A stretch of 64,000 nucleotides of DNA, from NCBI GenBank assembly GCA_965603825.1, contig CBFDEM010000022.1, forward strand, positions 186,001 to 250,000, given 5' to 3'. Of the stretch, positions 12,872-24,886 are shown piece after piece. Under the pieces are notes generated by a model. That model did no database searches. It had not been told where the DNA came from and saw nothing but the letters and a program-made list of their open reading frames with translations. The stretch comes from Blepharisma stoltei ATCC 30299 (taxonomy: Eukaryota > Protista > Ciliophora). Positions within the stretch are counted from its first letter, which is position 1. Every line of letters begins with the position of its first letter. Both the position numbers and the translations under genes were made by a program.

Positions 12872-14848
12872 CTACCGAAAAGACTGCCTACAAATTAAGC
12901 ATTTCATTGATTTGATTTGGGTCATAATTGACTGCCTATCTTCAGCGTCAATTTTAAATGACCTCAAAGTGTCCTCGAACAAAGTTGTGTACAGGAAAAA
13001 GTCTTTTTCCGAAATCCCTAAAAACTCATGGGCTGCTTTTATTTTTCTTCGAAACTCCAACGTGGCACATCCATTAAACAGCTTAAGCATCCCACCAATG
13101 ATCATCACTAAATTTGAAGACTTGAAATATCTTCTGAGACACTCATAAGCCATAACTTTATCATATAATTCATTTATAAACTGATACCAAAACTCTTCCC
13201 CTCCGTATTTTCTTACAAGGTTTTGCCTTTTTATTCTCAAAAGCTCAGTGTTCATGTTCATTTCGTCAATCCTTCCTATGATTTCTAAGAAACATTTATT
13301 AATATACTCATTTGATTTATCATTCCACAAGGAAGTCGCTCCAGCGGATTTATAAGGACATTGGGTTGCAGGCCTTTCTGATAGCTGTCCTTCAGTGTCG
13401 CTTGCTTCACCATTTACATTGCTGATAGAAAATCTATTTTGGTAAGCTTTTATGCTTTGCTCTTTCAAGTTCATCGTTCTTACATTTTGCGGCTTTAATT
13501 TTATAATTTGGTCTAATTTTTGGTTAACTTTGTTAAATTTTTGAAAAAATTCATTTTCAATTGGGTTTTGAGAAGTGTGGACAATCTTGGGGCTTGAATT
13601 TAAAGATGAAAAAGTTGCTTTAGGCTGGTCTTCATCTGCGGTTTCCCTTTGATCGTCAGTTGGCATATTATTTAAACCTTGCTCCTGGTTATTAAGTTTT
13701 TGAGTTTCCCCGTTTGACATTGTCCTTCTTTTAGTGAGTGGTTCGAGCTCCGCTCTTCTTTTTACTAGAGAATCAGACGGAGACTTAGTGAATAATGAAT
13801 ATTCTTGGCAACCCAAAAATACTCATCTTTTTTTCCTATCTTGAATAAAGTCAAGAATGATTTCTTTTAATTCTACACCCTTAAAAATGCTACCATTAAG
13901 AAATGAAACTATTTGTTGAACCATGCTCTCAATTTCGATAACTCGAATATTATTTTCTATTACAAAATAACTATCAGCAATCTTTGTGTTGACTATTGGG
14001 GTAACTCCAGACTCACTTGAAGGAAAAGTTTCATAATTCTGTGGACTTTCAACGATTCCTAATAATTTATTATCGTTTCCGTCGATTGGTATCATACTTG
14101 AATACCTTTGTCTTGCTTTTTTAAAAGGTTTGGAAAGTGTGTTTACGGTGAATGGATTATTAATGGATTTTGATGTTTTTGACATGAGATCTGACCATTT
14201 AAAATCTCCGACCAAAGTCATACTTCGCTTCTTCTTACTAAGCAGGGGTGTCTGAGTTTTTTTCAACTTAATGCTTGAGTTGCATTTCGGATTTTCTCTA
14301 TTAATCATAACAAAATGTTGGCTCTTCATTCCAACCTTCCAATAAACACGAGTTATTGAAGCATTTTTGGTTTGACAAGCCACAAACTGCTGCATCATCC
14401 CTAATGAGTCTGACGGCAACCTTCATAGTCCTTCAGCATTTTCTTTCGAATACAGAAAAACAGTGTTGGCATTTGACAGTTTATAACAATAAATCGGAAT
14501 ATCCTGGGCAGATTTCTCTGGTGTAAGCAAAAAGAAGTCTTGATCAAGGCATAACCTTGATATAACTGTACCAGTTTTACTCGTTTGGACTATATAAGGA
14601 TAATTAGAGTTTTCTACTCGAATTAATGTGGCTGGAATGTTGATATTAATGTTGCTATAATTTGCGTGAAGTGCAAACAAATTAAAAATATTTAGTTCTT
14701 CACCATTTGAAATTTTTGGTATTGTGACATGAGCTCTTTTCATCGGACTATATTCTAGATTTCTTAAGTGATTATTCACTGAGATTTGTGAGGCTTTTTT
14801 GGTAAATGAGGATTCACTCATAGCTGGAGCAAGTTTCTTATCTTCCAT
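12872..14848 (-). CDS. Array gene 6 (subfamily B): ATP-grasp-like + truncated haemoglobin fusion, ~658 aa
   Basis: Same-frame pieces joined at TGA (AEGL-W, RKKR-W); globin with KAAHEFLGI. Confidence 0.88.
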
Positions 14849-15349
14849 ATCGATTTTATTTTAAGGATTTGATAGCTTTGAATAGCCATTTATTGGTGGA
14901 TTAGCTTATATTTAATTGATGAATAGAAAGAGAAATTTAGATGATTATATCATATTCTTATATATTAAATATCATTAAAAGGATAAAGAAAGACTGCACT
15001 AATTTTGTGTCCATTACCATTTTATCGCTGATTATTCCTTGATTTTATTCAACTTCATTGAAAATTTAAATTTACTAATACATACTTTACAAGAAGTATA
15101 TGAATTTTAATAAGAGATATAGCAGGAATATGATAAAATAATTAATTCAACTTTAAATTCACTATTTTTGAAATTAATCTGCATAACTGAAACAGCCTAG
15201 AAAAAAGTCTCCAATATTATATCATAAGCTAAAGAGATATAATTTAATGCCTTTTATCTATATAATGAATAATAATTTCAATAAATTAATAATCTAAAAT
15301 TATTTATACAGGCTTCGAAACACATTTTAAAGATTATTATTTCCACAAT

Positions 15350-17422
15350 TTATCTGCATACTAACCCTTTCATGGAATTTATCTGAGCCATTATTATTCG
15401 CTGATCTTCGCTATCAATATCAAACTCCAAAAGAGTAGCGTTGAATAAATTTACATAGGAATTAAACTCAAATGTCGTAATGCTCATATTTTGATGAATT
15501 GACCTTACTTTTCTTCTAAACTCTAACGAAATATCTCCATCAAATATTTTAAACATCCCTGTCACAATCATATCAAAATTCTCAACACGCGTAAACTTAA
15601 ATCTAGCTTTTAAAGCTGCATTTTGAAGAATTTTACTATAAAGTGATATAATAAATTGGTTTCAAAAATCATCTCCGCCGTATTTCTTAACCAAATTTTG
15701 TTTTTTAGTTCTAGATATTTGTACATTCATAGCCATTTCATCAATATTATCGACAGCATCCATAATGCATTTTCGAGTAAAAATGTGTTTTTTATCATCC
15801 CAAAAAGTTTCTTTTGGCTGAGTTTCTTTTTCATACTCGCTTTGAATGGAATTTCAACTTTTAATTTTTGGGTCCATTTGAGGTGTCTTACAGAAATTAT
15901 ACATGGGTTTGTAGTTTTTGATGCTTTCTTCTTTAGGGTTAAATGTTCTTAATCATTCTGATTGGCCTTGAGTCAGAATTTTATCTAATTTTTCGTTTAC
16001 TTTATTGCATCTTTCCAGAAGCTCTTTTTCACTCATCATTAAAGTTTTCTCTGCCATAGCAGGCCTTTTTAATTTAATTTTAAATGGTAGATTCTTTTTG
16101 CTTTCTTGAGTATCATCATAATGTGCTTTGAATTTTCCTTTGGCTGGCTTTCTCTTTTCAGCCTCTTCTTCTATATTTGAAAACTCAAGAGATTGTGATC
16201 TGTTTGATTTTTGGGATTTTCTGCGTAGATTGAGATTATTGACTTCAAGATTGATTCTTGAGCCGCTTGTATATTCTTTGCAGTTTAATAGTACCCAAGA
16301 ATTAGTTTTGTCTTGCATAAAATCTAGGACGATTCCTTTGATATTATATTGCCGAAACACCAATGTGTTTAAAAAATTAATAATCTGATCAACCATGGCT
16401 TCTATATCGTCGATTTTGATGAAGGTTTCTATTGCACAGCAACTCTCAGTATTTTTGGTTGATACAATGAATTCTTTATTAAGCTCATCTTTTAATAGGC
16501 TTATGGTTTGAGGAGAAATCCAGTGATCAGTATAGTCAATGTCGCTTGAACTCTTTTCTCCATCTACGTTCGTATGAAAACTACTATCAAGTGTAGAGCT
16601 TTTTTCTATGTCTAAAGTGAATGAATGTGATTTATCTCTTTCAACTCTTTTGCTTAGTTTGAAAGGATTATTGATAGACTTTGAAGTAGGGAAAATTAAA
16701 TTTGTATATTTAAATTCAGCCATGCTTGTAAATGAGCTATTCCTCTTATGTGCGTTGATTTTTTTATTTGGGCTTTTTTTCTCTTTTTCATTAATCATCC
16801 TACGATTTATGATGGTAAAATATCTATTTTTCATACCTTCTCTCCATAATACTCGGGTTATAGATGCAGGGTTTGACTTTCCTAGGATAAAATTTTGTAA
16901 GCAGCGTTCTTCTTTATTCGAATTTCAAAATTTTTCTGATTGCTCTTTTGTGAAAAATAAAAGTAATTCTCTGCCTTGGATTTTACCACAATTTAATGGA
17001 AAATTGTCATTATTCATTTTACATTTGTGGACAAAAAATTCATCTTCATGGCAGGGTTTTACTTGCAAAAATCCATCCCTTCTTGTTTGAAGCAAATATG
17101 GTTTTTCTCTCCCTTCGAGTCTTAAAAGTGTGGTGGGGATGCTAAGCTTGATTGTCGTTTGGTTTTTTGCAAGCAAAGAATATAAGTTCAGTCTTTTACT
17201 TAGAGAAGCTTTTGGTAGTAAATTATTCAGTTTGCTGATAAAACAGTTTTGGCCATGCTCAGGTACCTGCGAAACAACTCTATATACAGATCTCATAAAA
17301 CCTGGCTTTGATGATTGATTATAAATTGATCTTAATTCCTCTCCTATAACTCGATATTTGCTTTCTTCCTCCTCATTTTGATGAATATCATTTAGGTTCT
17401 CTAAGATCTTAGGGACTTCCAT
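15350..17422 (-). CDS. Array gene 7 (subfamily A): ATP-grasp-like + truncated haemoglobin fusion, ~690 aa
   Basis: Same-frame pieces joined at TGA. KYGGDDF-W-NQFIISLYSKIL…RSIHQNMSI. Confidence 0.87.
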
Positions 17423-17772
17423 TAAGGCTTTATAAAAAAATACTTAATAAATTTTTTTTGAAATGATTAAATGCATTGATAAAAACGAAAAATAATTATA
17501 GCATATCGCAATACAAGCTACTTTGCCACCATTTTCTTTTAGAGTTAAAATGCTTTCATATACATGAAATAAGAAAATTGCTTTTTATTTAATCGAAAGT
17601 ATTTAGATCGGTAAATTAATTATCATCTTAAAAAAAATAAAAATATAAATTAACAAAAGAATACATCATGCATATTATATTAAGATGCAGAAGATAAGAT
17701 ATATTCCGATTAAATTTATGATTATTTAATATGCAAATTATAAGACTTAAGTTGTAACAGCTAGTTATTTTA

Positions 17773-19704
17773 TTATGAACCTATCTGAGGATATCTACAG
17801 ATGAGGCACCTCATAGATCTAATTTGTGTCATGATGACTCTTTTGTCTTCCTCTTCAATTTCGAACTCATTCAATGTACTTTCGAAGAAATCGGAATAAA
17901 GATTGAAATCTTTATCACTAATTCCCATAAATTCATGGGCTGCTTTTATTTTTCTCCTAAATTCTAAAGTGGCGCACCCATTAAATACCTTAAACATCCC
18001 TCCAATAATCATGTCCAAGTGAGACCCAACAAAATACTTATGCAGACTAGATTCATCTGACATAATTTTCTTATATAAAGACCTGATAAATTTATTCCAA
18101 AAATCATCTCCACCATACTTTCCTACTAGATTTTGATGTTTAACCTTTAAAAGTTCTGTATTCATGTTCATTTCATCAATTCTCCCAATAATGTCTGCAA
18201 AGCATCTATGAATATGCTGGTTTTCGTTATCCCACAGTGGGTTTGACGTAGGCTGTGTATTGGAAGTCAATGGACTTGAATCTGTTTCTAAAGAAGGTGT
18301 TGTTGGCTCTATGACTGTCCCGTGCCTTGCATTGTATCTTGTCTGATAAGCTTTTATGCTTTGTTCTTTTGCATCTTTTACATATGATGGCTTCAAGCTC
18401 ACAATTTTTCCAAGTCTTTCATTGACTTGATTTCACCTGTCGAACAAATCTTTTTCGCTTGCAGAAGTTGGGATGAGCTTTGGGGTTGATTTAATTGTAA
18501 AAGGGCAGCCAAGACTTGAATGAGTTGATGGAGTTTTATTGATTTTGATATCAGGTTTTGGGGTGCTTCTTTGGCTCTCAAGTATTAAAACTTCACCATA
18601 TGAGCTGGTCCGCCGTTTACTTAAAGGCTTTAATTCTACTTTTTTGCCGTTTTCAAAAGGAGTTTTGCATCTTCCTACAGAAATTTCTTTGCAGTCTAAT
18701 AATACTCATTTCTGCATTTTGCAAAGAACAAAATCTAAAACAATTCCATTAATTTCTTCTTCTTTATATACATTGGAATTTAAAAATGCCACAATTTGGT
18801 CAACTATAGGGTCTAGCTCAGCTCCTTTAATCGAGTCTTCTAAAACTAAGATATTATCAGTTTTCTTTGGATCCACAATCATATTGTTTTGGTCTTGCAG
18901 CTGAAAATCCCTTACTTCTATGTGCTTTTCATCTTTATTTTTAGCTGTTATCATTTTATCAGACCTAGTTTTTTCTCTCCTCATAGTCCTCGAAAACCTA
19001 CTTACTTTATATGGATTATTGATAGATCTCGATGTTTTGAGAATCATATCTGTGTATTTAAAATCTCCTAAAATGCTTAAACTCTTTTTCCTCTGGTACA
19101 AGCTTGGAGTTGCCGAAACTTTTCTTTGGGTTTCACACAAATTATTTATGACGTGAATCCTGTTAATTATTGTAAAATATTTTGATTTCATGCCAGACCT
19201 TCATAAAACTCTAAGAATTGACTTAGGGTTTGATGGGGATTCTATATAAGTTTGAATCATTGCGGAGGAATCTGTGGAAGAATTTCAAAGCGACTCAGCA
19301 GCCTCTTTAGAATTGAGAATAATACTTTCTTTATCAAAGCGCTTATATAAATAAGTATGCCCTTCACAGTTTTTATTTTTGTGGGAAAATATAAAAAACT
19401 CATTGTCTTTGCAAAATCTCGAGCAGAGTATTCCATTACTTTTTGCTCATAGTAAGCATGGGATCGGCAAATCTTCGGATTTTATTAAAGTTGTTGGCAA
19501 GTTTATATTGAGCTCTCGGGAATTTGAAAATAGCGCAAATAAAGTAAAAATATTGATTTTCTTTCCATTCGTCAGTTTAGGCAGGATGTCAAGGTTTTTC
19601 TTAGTATTATTGCCTGGATTTTTGCAAATATTTGTGGAGCTTCTAATAGAGCATCTGGAGATTGGCATCATAAATGTTTCTGTGCTTTTTTTGAGCTCGT
19701 CCAT
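17773..19704 (-). CDS. Array gene 8 (subfamily B): ATP-grasp-like + truncated haemoglobin fusion, ~643 aa
   Basis: Same-frame pieces 17773..18402, 18706..19191 and 19447..19704 joined at TGA. Confidence 0.87.
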
Positions 19705-20181
19705 CTAAGTCGTAATGAAAAATTATCTTATCCACGAAACATGGTTTAACATAAACCAAGAATCATGAATTAACTCATTTAAAAGATGTTGATTTTCTTA
19801 TTTTCCAATGAAAGCTTTATATTCTGCTCATTATGATTCTATGGAATGACAAATTATCCTTAAGATTTAAGCTATCATTTTTTGCCTTCATTAAATATTT
19901 ATTCAGACCTTTATTGATGAAAATTATTGATTATTATATGATTAATAACTAGTCTGATAAATGAGTCTAATTGAATATTTATTATTCTTATTTTATTGAA
20001 TGGAAAAAGTACTTAGGATATAGACACCAGATAATTGCTTCTAAACATATAAATATTCTCACTGCTAAAACTAAGCCAAATGCATAGATCTATAATAAAT
20101 TTTACTTCAACCTCATTATTCTCCAATTAAATTTCGATCTCAAAAATTATAAATGAGCTATTAATTCATATATATTATTAT

Positions 20182-22173
20182 TTAAAGCACTGTTTGTCTG
20201 CAAATTAAACATTTCATTGACTTGATTTGCGACATTATCATCTGCTTATCTTCTTCCTCTACATTAAACTCAATCAGAGTATCCTCAAACAATTTAATAT
20301 ACAGTGAAAAATTGCTCTCACTTATTCCTAAAGAATTGTGAGCAGATCTCACATTTCTCCGAAATTCAAGTGTGGCACATCCATTAAAAATCTTAAACAT
20401 CCCATCTGCTATCATTTTCACGCACGAAGTTTTAAAATAAGCTTTCAATGACTCAAAGCTCAAGATTTTTTGATAAAGAGAATCTATAAACATGCTTCAG
20501 AATTCATCTCCTCCATATTTTCCAACAATATTATGCCTCTTTATTTTTAAAAGCTCTGTATTCATCCTCATCTCATCTAAGTGGTTGATCCCTTCTGATA
20601 TGAATTTTCGAGTATGGTCAAGCATTTTATCAGTAAAAACTGCATTTGTAATAGGCTCTGTTTTAGCAGGTGACCAATTTTCTATTTTTGAAGGAGATGA
20701 AGCTTCTGTTGTTCGCACGCTTCCTTCTTCTTTATTTTGAGATGCAAAAAACGAGTAGCTTTCAAGCTGGAATCGAGCTTGATAAGCCTTTATGCTTTGC
20801 TCTTTAAAGTCTACATCTCTTAAGTAATTTAGTGGGTTTAAATTTACTATTTGGTCGATTTTCTCGTTGACTTTATTGCATCTTTCTAATAATTCTTTTT
20901 CAGACCGATGCCCTTGAGCATGATGATGCTTTGGGCTTGTTCTAATTCTAAAAGGACATTTAACTTGCTCTTCAGTAGTTATAGCAGCTTGTTTAGAGTC
21001 TGCATCAGAACACATTGGCGAATCTGTCTTATTTTCATAACTTTTCAGCATCACAAATGACTTACTCCTTCGCTTCTGTGTATTAGCTTCATATCGTTTA
21101 AGATTATCTACTTCAGGTGGCAGCTTGCTGTTTAAGCTGATTTCTTTGCAATTAAGAAAAACTCATTTACTATCTCGATCATAAACAAATTCAAAAATCG
21201 CGCCTTTCAAGTCTTCTTCTTTAAAAATATAAGCATTCAAAAAATCAATGATTTCGCTTATCATTGCTTCTATTTCAGGTATCTTGTTTTTATTCTCTAC
21301 CACAATAAAACTTTCTGGGTTATTTTTATTAAGAATGTACTTTTGGTTTTGCTTTGCCTTAAAAGCGAAAATTGATGGGTCGTCTGATCTGGTTTTTCTA
21401 ATCATAAAGCTTGGGTCATCCATATTTGCTTCTGAAAACGAATTTGTTAATTTTGGCCTTTCTTTGAGGCTGGATTTTGACGCTGCGTTGATTTTGTATG
21501 GGTTGTTAATAGACATTGAAGTTTTGAGAATTAAATTAGTGTATCGAAAATCAATCGATTGTGTTTTTTTCCTTTTGAAGGAAGAAGAAGGACACGTAGT
21601 TCTCTTTTGAAAATCTTGAGATCTAATTATAGGTTTTTCACAGCTGATAATATTAAAATATTTTGTTTTTCCTGACCTCCACAAGACTCTTGTAAGAGAT
21701 ACTTGTGAAGACATGCATTTTACATAATACTGGACGATTGCTGAAGAATCTTTGGAAGATTTCCAAAATGCCTCAGCACTTTCTTTTGAATGGAAAACAA
21801 TGCTTTCTCTATACAGTGATTTGTACAAATAAATTTGTGCTTCATGCTTTTTATTTTTTTGACTCAAAGCAAAAAAATCATTTATCCCGCATGGCCTACA
21901 ATGAAGAATGCCATTGGTTTTAGTCCTAAGCATGACAGTATGCTCTAAATCCTCAGTCTTAATAATTGTTGTCGGTATATTTACATTAAAGCTCCTTGAG
22001 GCAGAGTATAAGGCAAAAAGACTATAAATATCAATTGGTTTGCTATTAAATAGTTTCGGAAGATTGCTGAGCCCTTTACTGAACATGTCATTGGCTTTTT
22101 GAGGTGAATTTATAAGCGAGGCTCTACCGTTTGCCAATGAGAAAGGGTCTGTGCAAAATTTGAGCTCTTCCAT
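20182..22173 (-). CDS. Array gene 9 (subfamily B): ATP-grasp-like + truncated haemoglobin fusion, ~663 aa
   Basis: Same-frame pieces joined at TGA (RDSK-W, GGDEF-W). Confidence 0.88.
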
Positions 22174-22543
22174 CTATTATTCCAAGATTTTCTTAAACCA
22201 ATAAAGATGCTTATTAATAACCTGCAATTAATATAAATCAGAGCATGTTAAGAAAGCTGATAGAGATAAATTTTAATATAAATTGATGCTAACTGATAAT
22301 TATTTAAATGTTAAATTGATAAGACGAATACTATATCAATCCAATATTTTTATAATAACCTTAAAAAAATGTCAGAATTGATTTTAAGGTAAGATAAAAA
22401 TTCTAGTAGTAATCTTTTAAAATTCCATTAAAGCGTTTTATATCTTGTAGTTCATATTTTGTTAAAGTTATTAACATAAGTTGATATTTATTATATAATT
22501 AATATTTAATAAAAAGAAAAAGGGCAAAACTTTACAGCGAATC

Positions 22544-24604
22544 TTATGAACTTTGTCTACATATCAAACATTTCATAGACCGAATTTGTGTCATCACAAT
22601 ATTTTTATCAATATCAGTTACCTGAAATTCATTTAATGTGTCTTCAAAAATATCTACGTAGAAATTAAACTCTTTTTCCACCAATCCCATAAATTGATGA
22701 GAAGCTCTTACTTTTCTTCTAAACGCGAGAGTTACATTTCCATTAAAAAGTTCAAACATTCCATCCACTATCATTGCAAAATTTTCAAGCTTAGAGCTCT
22801 TGAAATATTTACTAAGAAGCTCATTTGCAAGAATTTTATTATAAAGCGAGAGTATAAATTTATTCCAAAATGCGTCTCCTCCATATTTTTCTACTAGTTT
22901 TTCATTTTTTACTTTCGCAATTTGTGCATTCAAATTCAGTTCATCTAAGCTATCAATCATATTGTTAATATGGTTTCTTGTGTAGGCATCAACTTTTTCA
23001 TTAAATGAACCTTCTGAGTTATTTGACGAGTTGCTGCTCTCAATTGTCGCTTTCTTATAAAATGGACATTTAAATTTAGATATTGATGGGTTCCAAATTG
23101 AGCATGACTGAGGGCTTATTCTTGCTTCATAAGCTGGATTGCTTTGAGGCTCGGTGAAGTGTGAGCTTAGGTTGATCTCACTTTGGTGGCTTACAATTTT
23201 ATCAATTCTTTCGTTTACTTTAGAGCATCTCTCAAAAATATCTTTTTCCGACAAATCTATAGGTGTAAGTCTATGCCTCGGCTTAGCTTTATAGCTTTCA
23301 GCTAGAGTGCTTTGAGTTTCTTCATTTTTTATACTCGGCTCTACCTCTGATGTTTCTAATTTTAAGGTTTTTAGTTTTAAATCTCGGCTAAAATCATTTG
23401 ATTGGCTTCTTTCTTTTCTTATATATCTTTTTTTCTCCCATCCATTGTTTAAAGCACAGCTTGTTTGCAAACTTTTATTATAGCTATTTGAAAATTCTTT
23501 GCACTTAAGCAAGACCCACTTCCTCTCATTATTTAGTATAAAATCAAGTACAATTCCTTTCACATTATCTTCTTTAAACACTTGTTTATTCAAAAAATCA
23601 ATAATTTGAGATACCATTGAACAAATTTCTTCATATTTTCCTCTGCTTTCAACAACACAGCATTTTTCAATTTTTTTAGAGTCGACTAAAAAATCGGCAT
23701 AGGAGTCTTCTCGAAGCCTTTTAGATGCTTCACTCTTGGGTTCCTGAGCAGGGAAAATTGTATCATCAGTAGGAATTTGGCAAAAAGATTGGGATAGAGA
23801 AGGGATTCGGTTTTTTCCTTTTTTCTCAATTGTTTTGATTTTAAAAGGATTGTTTATGGATTGAGAAGTCTGCTTAAGCATTTTTCTGTACTCAAAATTA
23901 GAGAGTGTGCGCTTTCTAACACCTTGCTGCCTATTAGGCCCAAGTTTGCTATCATTTTTTATATCCCACTTGAGCTTCTTATTGTTTATAATTGAAAAAT
24001 ATTTATTTTTTGACCCTTCAACCCATAGCACTCTTGTGATTGATGGCGGGTTTGATAGACTTTTAACAAATTTCTGTAGTCTTGCAGGCTCTTTTGAAGA
24101 TCTCCATATATTTTGAGCATGCTCTATTGAGCATATAACACTAACTTCTTTATTCGGGGTTTTATACGCATACAAAGGCGTACCTGCATTCGTTTCTTTA
24201 CATCCTTCATTTTCCATCTCAAAAAACTCATTCTCATAACACGGCCTAGAAGCCACCTTTCCATTTTTTATTGTGCGAATTAGAAAACAGACAGGTAGAT
24301 TCTCCGTCCTCATAAGAGTAGTAGGAATATTTACGTCAAGGTTATTGAGATCGAAGTGTTTTACGAACGTTTCGAAAATATCCAGCTTTCTTTTGAATAA
24401 ATTGTTTGGCAGCAAGCTGTTAATTTTTTTTGTGTTTAGACTCTGCAGATATTCAGATTCACTTCGAAGCCCTTTGAAATGGCCTTTTTGTTTTGAGTCC
24501 TTTATCATTGAAGCCAAATCTTCCTGAAAACTTTGAATTTCATCTTCCTCCATCGCTTTTTGGTGGAAAACATTTAGGCTCTCCAGTGTCACAGGCAAAT
24601 CCAT
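22544..24604 (-). CDS. Array gene 10 (subfamily A): ATP-grasp-like + truncated haemoglobin fusion, 686 aa, no internal TGA
   Basis: Uninterrupted ORF showing the full architecture; it has TGG-Trp where paralogs have TGA. Confidence 0.93.
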   Translation of the reverse strand: MDLPVTLESLNVFHQKAMEEDEIQSFQEDLASMIKDSKQKGHFKGLRSESEYLQSLNTKKINSLLPNNLFKRKLDIFETFVKHFDLNNLDVNIPTTLMRTENLPVCFLIRTIKNGKVASRPCYENEFFEMENEGCKETNAGTPLYAYKTPNKEVSVICSIEHAQNIWRSSKEPARLQKFVKSLSNPPSITRVLWVEGSKNKYFSIINNKKLKWDIKNDSKLGPNRQQGVRKRTLSNFEYRKMLKQTSQSINNPFKIKTIEKKGKNRIPSLSQSFCQIPTDDTIFPAQEPKSEASKRLREDSYADFLVDSKKIEKCCVVESRGKYEEICSMVSQIIDFLNKQVFKEDNVKGIVLDFILNNERKWVLLKCKEFSNSYNKSLQTSCALNNGWEKKRYIRKERSQSNDFSRDLKLKTLKLETSEVEPSIKNEETQSTLAESYKAKPRHRLTPIDLSEKDIFERCSKVNERIDKIVSHQSEINLSSHFTEPQSNPAYEARISPQSCSIWNPSISKFKCPFYKKATIESSNSSNNSEGSFNEKVDAYTRNHINNMIDSLDELNLNAQIAKVKNEKLVEKYGGDAFWNKFILSLYNKILANELLSKYFKSSKLENFAMIVDGMFELFNGNVTLAFRRKVRASHQFMGLVEKEFNFYVDIFEDTLNEFQVTDIDKNIVMTQIRSMKCLICRQSS

Positions 24605-24886
24605 ATTAATTTATCGGGTAAATAAAAAATTACCAGTTTTATGCGTGTTTCTTTTATAGTAAAGAGAAAAATAATTAAAATCTTCCTTCTTATAATTATA
24701 CAGTAATCAGTTTTCATCAAATATGGAACCAAAAATGAATTATTTTCTTTCATTTTGAATTCTTTAATTAACGAATTCGCTGGCAAAATCATATATAAAT
24801 TAAGTTTTTATCCATTTAGTTGATACTATCAAAATTTCAGCTGTTTATTTCAATAATATGGCTGTTTTTCATATTCTTAACTTTAA

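Noticed and set aside
19741-19760. Short inverted repeat (tggttta…taaacca) upstream of gene 8
   Set aside because: A 7-bp stem in AT-rich DNA is expected by chance and is not conserved upstream of other paralogs.
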